This document shows, piece by piece, positions 45,393 to 53,367 of a DNA stretch of 64,000 bases. The notes beneath the pieces are model-generated. The model worked only from the letters and a program-made list of their open reading frames with translations, made no database searches and was not told the DNA's origin. The stretch spans positions 21,173 through 85,172 of the forward strand of contig CALLAT010000074.1 in NCBI GenBank assembly GCA_938002085.1. The letters are read 5' to 3'. Source of the DNA: an uncultured Pseudanabaenaceae cyanobacterium (GTDB taxonomy: Bacteria; Cyanobacteriota; Cyanobacteriia; PCC-9006; JAAUQQ01). The translations under genes and the position numbers were made by a program. Position 1 is the stretch's first letter. Every line of letters starts with the position of its first letter.

Positions 45393-46270
45393 CAATATTC
45401 ACCCACCCGATGGAGATTTCGGGGTCTATGACCTGCACTGCCTCTCAGCAGTGTCCCAATGGTTCTAGGCCATACCCACCCACTATGGTCCACAGTCCCA
45501 CCGACGATCTCTTTAACACTCAGCACTGGGAGCATTGGGCCATGCTATTTATCTTGGCCCTGGGACTCGTCGTGGGCTACGGGCAAGCCGTGGCGGAAGA
45601 TAAACGTCGCGCCCAACGCCGCCGGGGTGGGCCAGTGGGGAAAGCAGTGCCGGGCAGGTGTAGGCGATCGCGCCGCAAGCTTCGAGTGGAATCGCCTGGT
45701 CGTCACAATGCCCAGCCAAGGCAGGCGATCGCTCCGAATCAAAGATTCAACTCCCCAGGCACTTCAACTCGCAAGAAACAGACGACGCTTCCTCGCCCTA
45801 ATCCCAGGTCTGCCCACAGTCCCCCTCCGGCTCGTACCTTAATTGGGCAATCCCGTAGGTTCCCCTAGCCTTAGAGGGGTCTTTCTGGCTGTCGCCACAT
45901 CACTTAGTACATCCATAAACTGTCAAACCTAGATATGGCAGGCAGCGATGTGGATAGCAACGTCCTAACAAGTCAGGCCGTTGCTACATATCTCAAGAAG
46001 CTTAAAGCCTCAGATTTTCTCTCAAATCCATGCTCCCTAGCAAAAGTGTTAGCCCTACCAACGACTCTCCCAAATCTCTTGAGCAGTCCTAGCTGACACA
46101 ATACTTTACGGCAGAGAGACGCCAGCCAAAGGCAGTTCTATCGAGGCTTTTGTCGTTTCAGATACCATTGAAATTTACGATTCTTAACTGATATTTACCT
46201 CTCAATCGATTTACCTTAGAGTAACTAAAAGGCTTTTAAAATCAGGCTTATCCTCAACAGGATTTTTAAT

Positions 46271-46987
46271 ATGAGCGTTAATCTTGCAACCCAACTTCGG
46301 GAAGGTACTAAAACCTCTCACACCATGGCTGAGAACGTGGGCTTTGTCCGCTGTTTTCTACGCGGGGTCGTGGAGAAGAATTCTTATCGTAAACTCGTAG
46401 CGGATCTGTACTTCGTCTACTCCGCGATGGAAGAGGAGTTTGACCGCCTGAAGGACCACCCCGTGGTTTCCAAGATTTACTTCCCTCTGCTGCACCGCAA
46501 AGCTTCTCTCGAGAAAGATTTGCAGTACTACTTCGGTAGTGATTGGAAGAGCAATGTTAAAGCCTCCAAGCCTGCCCAGAAATATGTGGACCGCATTCAC
46601 CAAGTTGCCCAGGAATCTCCTGAGCTGTTGGTCGCTCACTCCTACACTCGTTACCTCGGCGATCTGTCCGGCGGTCAAATCCTGAAGAAGATTGCCGTCA
46701 ACGCAATGAACCTAAACGACGGCGTAGGTACTGCGTTCTATGAATTTCCTGAAATCGATGACGAGAAGGCATTCAAGGACATGTATCGCGCTGCGATGAA
46801 TGATCTGCCCATTGAGCAGGAAGCTGCTGACCGCATTGTTGAAGAAGCAAACGATGCATTCGGTCGCAACATGGAAATGTTCAAGGAGCTGGAAGGCAAC
46901 TTGATCAAGGCCATTGGCGTGATGGTGTTCAACAGCCTCAACCGCCGCCGCAGCAAGGGCAGCACCATGGCTCCCAATGCTGGCTAG
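46271..46987 (+). CDS. ho1: Heme oxygenase 1
   Basis: 238-aa ORF with ATG at 46271. N-terminus LATQLREGTKTSHTMAENVGFVRCFLRG (proximal His helix) and SYTRYLGDLSGGQILKKIA are classical heme oxygenase motifs. Confidence 0.92.
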   Translation: MSVNLATQLREGTKTSHTMAENVGFVRCFLRGVVEKNSYRKLVADLYFVYSAMEEEFDRLKDHPVVSKIYFPLLHRKASLEKDLQYYFGSDWKSNVKASKPAQKYVDRIHQVAQESPELLVAHSYTRYLGDLSGGQILKKIAVNAMNLNDGVGTAFYEFPEIDDEKAFKDMYRAAMNDLPIEQEAADRIVEEANDAFGRNMEMFKELEGNLIKAIGVMVFNSLNRRRSKGSTMAPNAG

Positions 46988-47013
46988 TCATCGGTAGTTA
47001 ATCTGTAATAAAA

Positions 47014-47050
47014 AAGGCCAGGGTGCAATCAATGCACCTTGGCCTTTTTT
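47014..47050 (+). terminator. Rho-independent terminator of ho1
   Basis: aaggccagggtgca (47014-47027), loop atcaa, tgcaccttggcctt (47033-47046), running into tttttt (47045-47050). It starts 27 nt after the stop. Confidence 0.85.
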
Positions 47051-47085
47051 ACAGGCGTTTCTTTTAGGTCGGTGGATGAGGATCC

Positions 47086-47166
47086 CCGAATTTTGCCGTA
47101 GGGGTAGGGGATCCCTACCCTGGCTGTGCCAAAACCAAGACAGGGCGGGGAAACCCGGCCCCTACG
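47086..47166. repeat. Nested-palindrome dispersed repeat, copy A (family 2)
   Basis: ccgaattttgccgtaggggtaggggatccctaccctg...cagggcggggaaacccggcccctacg. The outer arms cgtagggg/cccctacg and the inner gggtaggg/ccctaccc can pair. Both arms match the reverse complement of 51835-51922, while the centre is variable. Confidence 0.65.
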
Positions 47167-47219
47167 TGACGATTAACAATGCAAGGGGTTTGGGCATTGT
47201 TAATGTCGTCCTCTTTTGA

Positions 47220-47948
47220 TTAGGTAGTTAGGCCATGCTCTAGGGCAAAGCGGACCAGCTCGGTACGGCTGTTAGTTCCAGTTTTGCTGAACAGGCGGCT
47301 GACGTATTTTTCGACATTGCGCACGCTAGTTTCGAGCTGCTTGGCAATTTCCTTGTTCATCAAGCCTTGGGCGACCAAGTCTAAGACGCTCTTTTCCCTG
47401 GGGGTCAGGTCAATTTGAATTGGGGAGGGCTTTTGGATAATGCCGTTGCCGCTGCGCTGGCCCAAGACTGCTCGGCGTAGCTCTTCGATTTGACGAGCGA
47501 GGTCGGCAATTTCAGGATTGTCACTGGTACCACTGCCTCCAGCAGCCCCACCTCGGGCGGCGCTGACAGTTGCAGCGCGACGCTTGAGCAAGTTCGTTAC
47601 GACAGAGACTAGCTCATCGGGATCAAAGGGCTTGGGCAAATAGGCATCGCAGCCCGCATCAAAGCCCTGGATGCGATCGGTGGTCATTCCCTTGGCGGTG
47701 AGGAAAATAACGGGTAACGCCTTGAAGCGATCGTCACCGCGCATTTGGGCCAAGAACTGATAGCCATCCACCCGAGGCATCATGACGTCCGAGACGACCA
47801 AATCTGGGGTGAATTGCTGAAGCTTTTCCCAGCCTTCTTCGGCATTGCTAGCCGCTTCTACCGTAAAGCCAGTGTCTTCTAAGTAGGCTTGGACGGCTTC
47901 GCGCATGCCCGGTTCATCATCTACCAACAGGATATGTCCAGAAGCCAT
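47220..47948 (-). CDS. NarL/LuxR-type response regulator (REC + HTH_LuxR)
   Basis: The ORF track gives 47220..47954 (GTG). The ATG at 47948 gives MASGHILLVDDEPG. Receiver domain has DLVVSDVMMPRVDG and KPF. C-terminal LTPREKSVLDLVAQGLMNKEIAKQL...TVEKYVSRLFSK. There is a long Gly/Ala-rich linker. Confidence 0.88.
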   Translation of the reverse strand: MASGHILLVDDEPGMREAVQAYLEDTGFTVEAASNAEEGWEKLQQFTPDLVVSDVMMPRVDGYQFLAQMRGDDRFKALPVIFLTAKGMTTDRIQGFDAGCDAYLPKPFDPDELVSVVTNLLKRRAATVSAARGGAAGGSGTSDNPEIADLARQIEELRRAVLGQRSGNGIIQKPSPIQIDLTPREKSVLDLVAQGLMNKEIAKQLETSVRNVEKYVSRLFSKTGTNSRTELVRFALEHGLTT

Positions 47949-48036
47949 AGCCACTCTTCGTTCATTTGTTGTTCTCTGTAGAACAGTTTACCGGGGTGGG
48001 TGGGTTAAACCTTAGGTAGGTTAATTTTCGACAAGA

Positions 48037-48071
48037 TGCAAAAGCTCAGCCTCGTCGCTAGGCTGAGCTTT
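48037..48071 (-). terminator. Rho-independent terminator downstream of the 48150..48536 gene
   Basis: aaagctcagcc (48041-48051) pairs with ggctgagcttt (48061-48071). On the minus strand the hairpin is followed by tttgc. Confidence 0.65.
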
Positions 48072-48149
48072 ATAAGGTTATTCAGTATGCGATCGCCACC
48101 CTTAGCTTGACTTTAATAGTGGGCGATCGCACTCATGCCAGCCTCAATC

Positions 48150-48536
48150 TCACGGCAGCTCTATGCCACTACTGAGGAGATTCCAACATTTATCACTCTC
48201 CGGGGAGACGAAACCTGCTTCTTCTAGGACTGCCTTGCTGTATTTACGCCTGAGGCCCTTCTCAATCTTGCACTCTCCGCGAATATAGTCATCCAGCGTT
48301 TTCTCGATGCAATTGCTCAATGGCTTGTTCGTGCCCTTGTATTTGCTTTGGCATTTTGCGCTTTGCTGGGTTGTGCGCTCCACAAGCTCAGCCATCTTGG
48401 CTTGTTCTTCGGCCCAAAGCTTTCTCACCTTGGCGCTTTGAGCCAAGCTAGCCGGAGCGGCTGTCCCCAATAGTAATGTGGCGAACGTTGTGATCAATAG
48501 CCCTGAGCGAAGCAGCTTAGAACCAGAAATAGTCAT
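48150..48536 (-). CDS. Small secreted Cys-containing hypothetical protein
   Basis: 128-aa ORF with ATG at 48536. Signal peptide LLITTFATLLLGTAAPASLAQS. Four Cys in the mature part. Confidence 0.6.
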   Translation of the reverse strand: MTISGSKLLRSGLLITTFATLLLGTAAPASLAQSAKVRKLWAEEQAKMAELVERTTQQSAKCQSKYKGTNKPLSNCIEKTLDDYIRGECKIEKGLRRKYSKAVLEEAGFVSPESDKCWNLLSSGIELP

Positions 48537-48679
48537 GAATCTGATACTCCATTAACTCTCAAACAGGAGTCGTAATGCCTGACTCCCCAAAATCCGACTA
48601 CTGAGCCAAATAGAGCTGTTTCGGTAATCGGTTGAAAGTTGGTGAATTTTACTGAGCTATTTCGTTCGAGAGATCGCGA

Positions 48680-49099
48680 TTAATCGTCAAGACTGACGTT
48701 TTTCCGATTGCTTTTCAATTGGCTCCGCTTGGCTTTGCTGTCTAGTCGACGCCGCTTGGAGGCTTTGCTGGGCTTGGTGGCTTTGCGGGGCTTTTGGATA
48801 GCGATCGCTTTCTGGATCAATTCCACCAAACGATTCACTGCCTCCTCCCGGTTAGCCTCCTGGGTGCGGTGCTCCTGGGCCTTGAGCACGATGACCCCAT
48901 CCTTCGTCAGGCGCTTATCGCTGATGGCCAAGAGCTTGCGCTTGTAATAATCCGGCAGAGAGGAAGCCGCAATATCAAATCGAAGGTGAATCGCCGTGGA
49001 TACCTTATTGACGTTTTGTCCGCCTGAACCGCCCGATCGCACCGCAGACAATTCGATGTCGCGCTCTTGAATGGAAACAGTGTTAGAAATTCGTAGCAT
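48680..49099 (-). CDS. arfB: Alternative ribosome-rescue factor ArfB (GGQ peptidyl-tRNA hydrolase, YaeJ-like)
   Basis: 139-aa ORF with ATG at 49099. GGQ motif RSGGSGGQNVNKVSTAIHLRFDI and a basic C-terminal tail KPRKATKPSKASKRRRLDSKAKRSQLKSNRK. Confidence 0.88.
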   Translation of the reverse strand: MLRISNTVSIQERDIELSAVRSGGSGGQNVNKVSTAIHLRFDIAASSLPDYYKRKLLAISDKRLTKDGVIVLKAQEHRTQEANREEAVNRLVELIQKAIAIQKPRKATKPSKASKRRRLDSKAKRSQLKSNRKNVSLDD

Positions 49100-49187
49100 G
49101 ACTTCAGTTTAGCCTGAGCTCTCATTTAGACTTTTGCAGTAGTCGGGCTATGGCCTGTCCTCACGACAAATCCATCAGAGGCTCAAA

Positions 49188-49559
49188 ATGTCATCATCTG
49201 CCAAGGAAAAGAAAAAAGCGATCGCTGCTCTGATCCGCACAGCCATGCTGGAAGACGGCCCCATGGTCATGGCGCTCTACGACTACGAGCTGGCTGGCGC
49301 TGTGGATGAACTCTACGCCAGCCTGATTGAGGACAAAGAAGAATTCCTCTTCGCCATCACCGAAAACCGGGGCCATGTGGCTATGGTGCTGATTACCATC
49401 GATAAAACGGTTTACAAGAACGAAGCAGCTCGGGACCAGCTTAAAGCTCTCTGGCCAGACACCTACGCCATCAACCTGGAGCAAATGATTCCCATGGTGG
49501 CCAAGGATCTATGCGATGGCTATCTCTTCCAGACTGGAGTGAAAACCCAGAAGAAGTAA
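49188..49559 (+). CDS. Hypothetical protein
   Basis: 123-aa ORF with ATG at 49188 and protein-like composition. No family recognised. Confidence 0.5.
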   Translation: MSSSAKEKKKAIAALIRTAMLEDGPMVMALYDYELAGAVDELYASLIEDKEEFLFAITENRGHVAMVLITIDKTVYKNEAARDQLKALWPDTYAINLEQMIPMVAKDLCDGYLFQTGVKTQKK

Positions 49560-49644
49560 CGAACAGATAGCAACAATGCTTAAATTCTCAGGCTAAGGAA
49601 AAATCAGAGCGATAGGGTTAAGGCAACCTATCTATGAGGCTGCT

Positions 49645-50598
49645 ATGGAATCAACCCATCGCATGGCCCGAATCCAGCTCAATGCCGATGCCAATCCCTG
49701 TATCGGCCGCGTCCACTACGCCCCAGGGAAATCGGCCTGGATCAGCCTCATGGTTATAGGAGCCGTCCTTGGCGGCGCGTTGAATTTTAGCTGGGCGGCT
49801 TTTGGGCTCTTTGCCAGCACCAGCATGCTCACCCTTTGCCTCGGTCACTCTGCAGGAATGCATCGCCGCCTAATTCACAACAGCTTTGACTGTCCTCGCT
49901 GGCTGGAATATCTGTTGGTCTATTGCGGCACCTTGATTGGCATGGCCGGTCCTTTTTCCATTATTGAGACCCATGAGTTGCGCGACTGGGCCCAGCGTCA
50001 GCCCGTTTGCCATGATTATTTCGCTAGCCGCCAGCCGCTGCTCAAGGATGCCTTTTGGATTTTGCACTGCGATATTCGCCTCCAGCATTCCCCTCGGGTG
50101 GTTTACGAGGAGCGAATTCGGGGCGATCGCTTCTACCATTTCCTCGAAAAGACCCGCCATTGGCAACAGCTTCCCTGGGCAATTCTCTTCTACGCCTTAG
50201 GTGGCTGGAGCTGGGTGTTTTGGGGCATTTGTGCCAGGGTCAGCGTCTGTATGATTGGCCATTGGCTCGTGGGGTATTTTGCCCATCGTTTTGGCGATAG
50301 CACCTGGCATATTGAAGGCGCGGGCTGCCAAGGCTATAACGTCACCGCCCTGGGCAGTCTGCTGGGTCTACTGAGCGTTGGCGAATGCTGGCACAACAAT
50401 CACCATGCTTTCCCCGACTCAGCCCAGTTGGGCCTGAGCTGGGATCAACCTGACCCTAGCTGGTGGTTCATCTGCAGTTTGAAAAAGCTCGGCCTGGCTT
50501 GGAACTTGCAGACTGCTGCCAATCAGCCGCCTCGCCCAGAACGAGTCCGGCTGGAGCAGCCAAAATCTCAGGTCGCCTTCTTGCAGCAAAAGTTGTGA
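49645..50598 (+). CDS. Membrane fatty-acid-desaturase-like protein (acyl-CoA/acyl-lipid delta-9 desaturase family) with degenerate second His box
   Basis: 317-aa ORF with ATG at 49645. Box 1 HRRLIH (aa 73-78) and box 3 HNNHHAFP (aa 250-257) are present. HELRD (aa 110-114) sits where HRxHH is expected. PRWLEYLLVYCGTL aligns with the desaturase core. Confidence 0.7.
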   Translation: MESTHRMARIQLNADANPCIGRVHYAPGKSAWISLMVIGAVLGGALNFSWAAFGLFASTSMLTLCLGHSAGMHRRLIHNSFDCPRWLEYLLVYCGTLIGMAGPFSIIETHELRDWAQRQPVCHDYFASRQPLLKDAFWILHCDIRLQHSPRVVYEERIRGDRFYHFLEKTRHWQQLPWAILFYALGGWSWVFWGICARVSVCMIGHWLVGYFAHRFGDSTWHIEGAGCQGYNVTALGSLLGLLSVGECWHNNHHAFPDSAQLGLSWDQPDPSWWFICSLKKLGLAWNLQTAANQPPRPERVRLEQPKSQVAFLQQKL

Positions 50599-50896
50599 AG
50601 ATCAAGCGCTAGAAGCATTAGCCGAGAATACTCCCAGATTTGGGTAGGGAATTTACACCATTCTCAATACGGCAGCAAAACTCAGATCGTTTTAAGATCA
50701 AGGTTCAGGTCTCATAAAACGCTTGGAACCGACCCAACAATCCACCGTCCCAAAGGGGGAGTTGTCCTGGGCCAAAGTCGGTTTATCCCAGAGCACTCTC
50801 GTTGGATCAAGCACCTGAGCAAACTCCCTCCATTTCCCAGCGACTCAAGCTCAACAGCCTGGACTCACCAACTCCCCCCTAGGGAATTCCAGACCT

Positions 50897-51787
50897 ATGA
50901 ACGATCTTCTAATTGGCCTTCTCAGCGGCGCAATTCTCGCTAGCGGCACCTTCACCTTGCGAAGCTGGCGGCGGAAGAATCGTCTCAAGCAGCCTTGGCT
51001 AAACCACCCCGATCAGTCCGAGCAGCTCCTCCAGGAAAAGTTGGAGCTGAGTCAACAGCTAGAGCAGCAGCAAAGCCGCATCCAAGACCTCCATCAGGAG
51101 CTGAGCGAGCAGCAGCAAAAACTCCAGACTCAACAGCAACAGTTAAGCCAAAGGCAACAGCAACTCGCCACTGAGAAATCCCGCTGTCAGCAACTCACCC
51201 AAGAGCGTGACAAGGCCTGGAAAGAAGCAGAACAGATTCTCGACTCAGATCAGGCAGAGGCCCAACAGCGCCTAGCTAGGCTCAAAGCCCTGGAGCAAGA
51301 ACGCGACGATTTAACGGAGCAAATCCAGCAGCTCGAACAAGACCTCTCTAACACCAAAGGCCGACTGGCCGCCCAAACCCACAGTTTGGAAGAGGCCCAG
51401 GCTAGGCTACAAACAGGCACCATCGGCGCAGAGCGATTTTCCCAGGCGATCGCCAAGCTCCTCCCCAACATCACCTTCCTGCGGGACTCCATGGAAGTCA
51501 TGCTCCAAGAGCCGGCCCAGCGCCTCAATGCCCTCCTCGGTAGCCTGCGTGCCCTCAGCGACGGCAGCCTGAGCCAAAACCACAAGAACAACGGCATCAA
51601 AGTCATGAAGGTCCATGCCACGGATGGCAAATGGTCTGAATTCCATGTGCCCAACGCCAGCATGATGCGGGTTTATTTTCATAAATCGAAAGCGGGCGAT
51701 CGCTACCAAGTCCTAGTCACCGAAAAGAAAGACCCCAAAACCCAAGGCAAAAACCACGCCTGGCTCAAAAGCCAAAGCGTCAGTTAG
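50897..51787 (+). CDS. Membrane-anchored Gln-rich coiled-coil protein with a small C-terminal RelE/Gp49-like-looking domain
   Basis: 296-aa ORF with ATG at 50897. N-terminal hydrophobic segment LLIGLLSGAILASGTFTL, then ~170 aa of heptad-rich Q/E/L sequence. C-terminus KVMKVHATDGKWSEFHVPNASMMRVYFHKSKAGDRYQVLVTEKKDPKTQGKNHAWLK. Confidence 0.7.
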   Translation: MNDLLIGLLSGAILASGTFTLRSWRRKNRLKQPWLNHPDQSEQLLQEKLELSQQLEQQQSRIQDLHQELSEQQQKLQTQQQQLSQRQQQLATEKSRCQQLTQERDKAWKEAEQILDSDQAEAQQRLARLKALEQERDDLTEQIQQLEQDLSNTKGRLAAQTHSLEEAQARLQTGTIGAERFSQAIAKLLPNITFLRDSMEVMLQEPAQRLNALLGSLRALSDGSLSQNHKNNGIKVMKVHATDGKWSEFHVPNASMMRVYFHKSKAGDRYQVLVTEKKDPKTQGKNHAWLKSQSVS

Positions 51788-51834
51788 GAACAAGAATTTA
51801 TCAATATCTGAATTTCGTTCATAGAGAATTGTCC

Positions 51835-51922
51835 CGTAGGGGCTGGGTTTCCCCGCCCCTGGCCAGGTTTAGGCCAGCAGGCAGGCAGGGTAGGGAAACC
51901 CTACCCCTACGGTAGAATTCGG
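51835..51922. repeat. Nested-palindrome dispersed repeat, copy B (family 2, inverted relative to copy A)
   Basis: cgtaggggctgggtttccccgcccctg...cagggtagggaaaccctacccctacggtagaattcgg. The reverse complement shares both arms with 47086-47166. Confidence 0.65.
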
Positions 51923-51967
51923 TTTGATGGCCTTTGCGTCGTTTGGTGAAGGTATTGATCTATCAAC

Positions 51968-53233
51968 CTAATTCCCCGGCACCAAAACCGTTAGGGCATT
52001 GGGCAAACATTCAACCTCAATCGGCGTCATACCAATCAACTCCCCATCCAACACCACCTTCTGGGGCGGCTCCGCCACAATCTGAATCCGGTCCGTACGC
52101 AGATGATTGATATTTGGATTGGTTGTGCCCTGGCGCAGTAGCGTTGCCCCCAGCGTGCTCAGCATCGCCGTCACCGCCTGAAACTTAGTCTCTGCCGTAG
52201 CAATGGTGACATCCAGCAAGCCATCATCAAAAGGCACCTCGCCCATGCCCTGGGCCAAGATCGAGGTGGGAGGCGCAGCGTTAGCGACGGTAATAGCCCC
52301 AGCATCCACAGGATAGCTTTCACCATTCATGATCAGTTGAGCAGTAAACAGCTCCTGCTCACTCAACTGGTTCCAGCCCGCCATCAAATAAGCCAACGCC
52401 CCCCACTGGTCCTTAAATTCTCGGCTGGCCTTCTCCACCGTCTCCGCCTCAAAGCCAATCCCCGCCAGTAAAATCATCGGCTTACCATTGCACCGGGCCG
52501 CATCGACCTGCTTAGTATGGCCGCCTAGTATTACGCGGCAAGCCGCTCGAATCGGCGTCACCGGCCCGGTAATGCCCAGGGCTAAACCAAAGGCATTCGC
52601 AGTGCCTCGGGGAATGATTCCCAGGGGGATATTGCTGCCCATTAAGCAACCCGCTACAGCAGAGACTGTGCCATCGCCACCCGAGGCAATGACTAAATCC
52701 GCTTGTCCCGCGATCGCCAACTGAGTCAATTGCTCCGCCCCCTCCTCCACCGTCGTCAGATGGATCTTGAGATTGAAATGGGGTCCCAACAACTCTCGAA
52801 TCAGCGTCAGCTCTTCCTCGGCATCCCCTTGACCCGACACGGGATTAAAAATCAAATGGGCCTGACGCATCCTCGCCAAACCCTCCAGAATTAGCTCCGC
52901 CGTCCCCAGATTGGTCGCCAAAGGGACATTATGTAAATCGCAGAGCCTCAACAACAGCTCAGCAGTGGGGTCGGGCTGCTGATTTGGGTTGCGCCAATAG
53001 AGAACAGCCTGGACCTCTCCCCCCACAATTTCGGCTCCCAGCTGCACATCACCGCCCTGGTCTTGGGATAGATAGCGGTGGATTTTTAGGTCAGGGAGAC
53101 CCAAAAGGCGATCGCAAGTTCCAGCAGTCGCCACCAAACGAAAGCGAGCAAAAACAGGCTGATAGCGGCGGACAAAGGCAACGAGGTCATCCTTTTGGGC
53201 ATCTGAAGCGATAAGGGCGATCGTTGCGGACAT
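51968..53233 (-). CDS. Fusion of a methylglyoxal-synthase-like domain and a DAGK/YegS-type lipid kinase domain
   Basis: The ORF track gives 51968..53266. The ATG at 53233 gives MSATIALIASDAQKDDLVAF. MGS-like: LVATAGTCDRL...QGGDVQLGAEIVGGEVQAVLYWRNP. Kinase: LIFNPVSGQGDAEEEL...VIASGGDGTVSAVAG...GIIPRGTANAF. Confidence 0.8.
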   Translation of the reverse strand: MSATIALIASDAQKDDLVAFVRRYQPVFARFRLVATAGTCDRLLGLPDLKIHRYLSQDQGGDVQLGAEIVGGEVQAVLYWRNPNQQPDPTAELLLRLCDLHNVPLATNLGTAELILEGLARMRQAHLIFNPVSGQGDAEEELTLIRELLGPHFNLKIHLTTVEEGAEQLTQLAIAGQADLVIASGGDGTVSAVAGCLMGSNIPLGIIPRGTANAFGLALGITGPVTPIRAACRVILGGHTKQVDAARCNGKPMILLAGIGFEAETVEKASREFKDQWGALAYLMAGWNQLSEQELFTAQLIMNGESYPVDAGAITVANAAPPTSILAQGMGEVPFDDGLLDVTIATAETKFQAVTAMLSTLGATLLRQGTTNPNINHLRTDRIQIVAEPPQKVVLDGELIGMTPIEVECLPNALTVLVPGN

Positions 53234-53367
53234 AAACAGAGACCTGAAAAAGACCAAAGACTTCAAAAGAAGTCGCTACACTGGTACAAGTTTACCTTCC
53301 TCAATCCAATGCCCTCGGGGCTTACCTCACCTCTATCGGCGGGGACATTGTCGAGTTTCCACTGCCC

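Noticed and set aside
45410-45868. 152-aa (or nested 127-aa) plus-strand ORF downstream of metF.
   Set aside because: Apart from one hydrophobic stretch (MLFILALGLVVGY), the translation is an Arg/Pro/Ser-rich low-complexity string typical of a non-coding GC-rich frame. There is no recognisable start context. A short membrane peptide cannot be excluded.
2640-46987. Idea that ho1 (46271..46987) and the phytochrome-like kinase (2640..7400) form a chromophore-photoreceptor gene cluster.
   Set aside because: They are ~39 kb apart on opposite strands with many unrelated genes between them, and no pcyA is present. The co-occurrence is simply consistent with a cyanobacterial genome.
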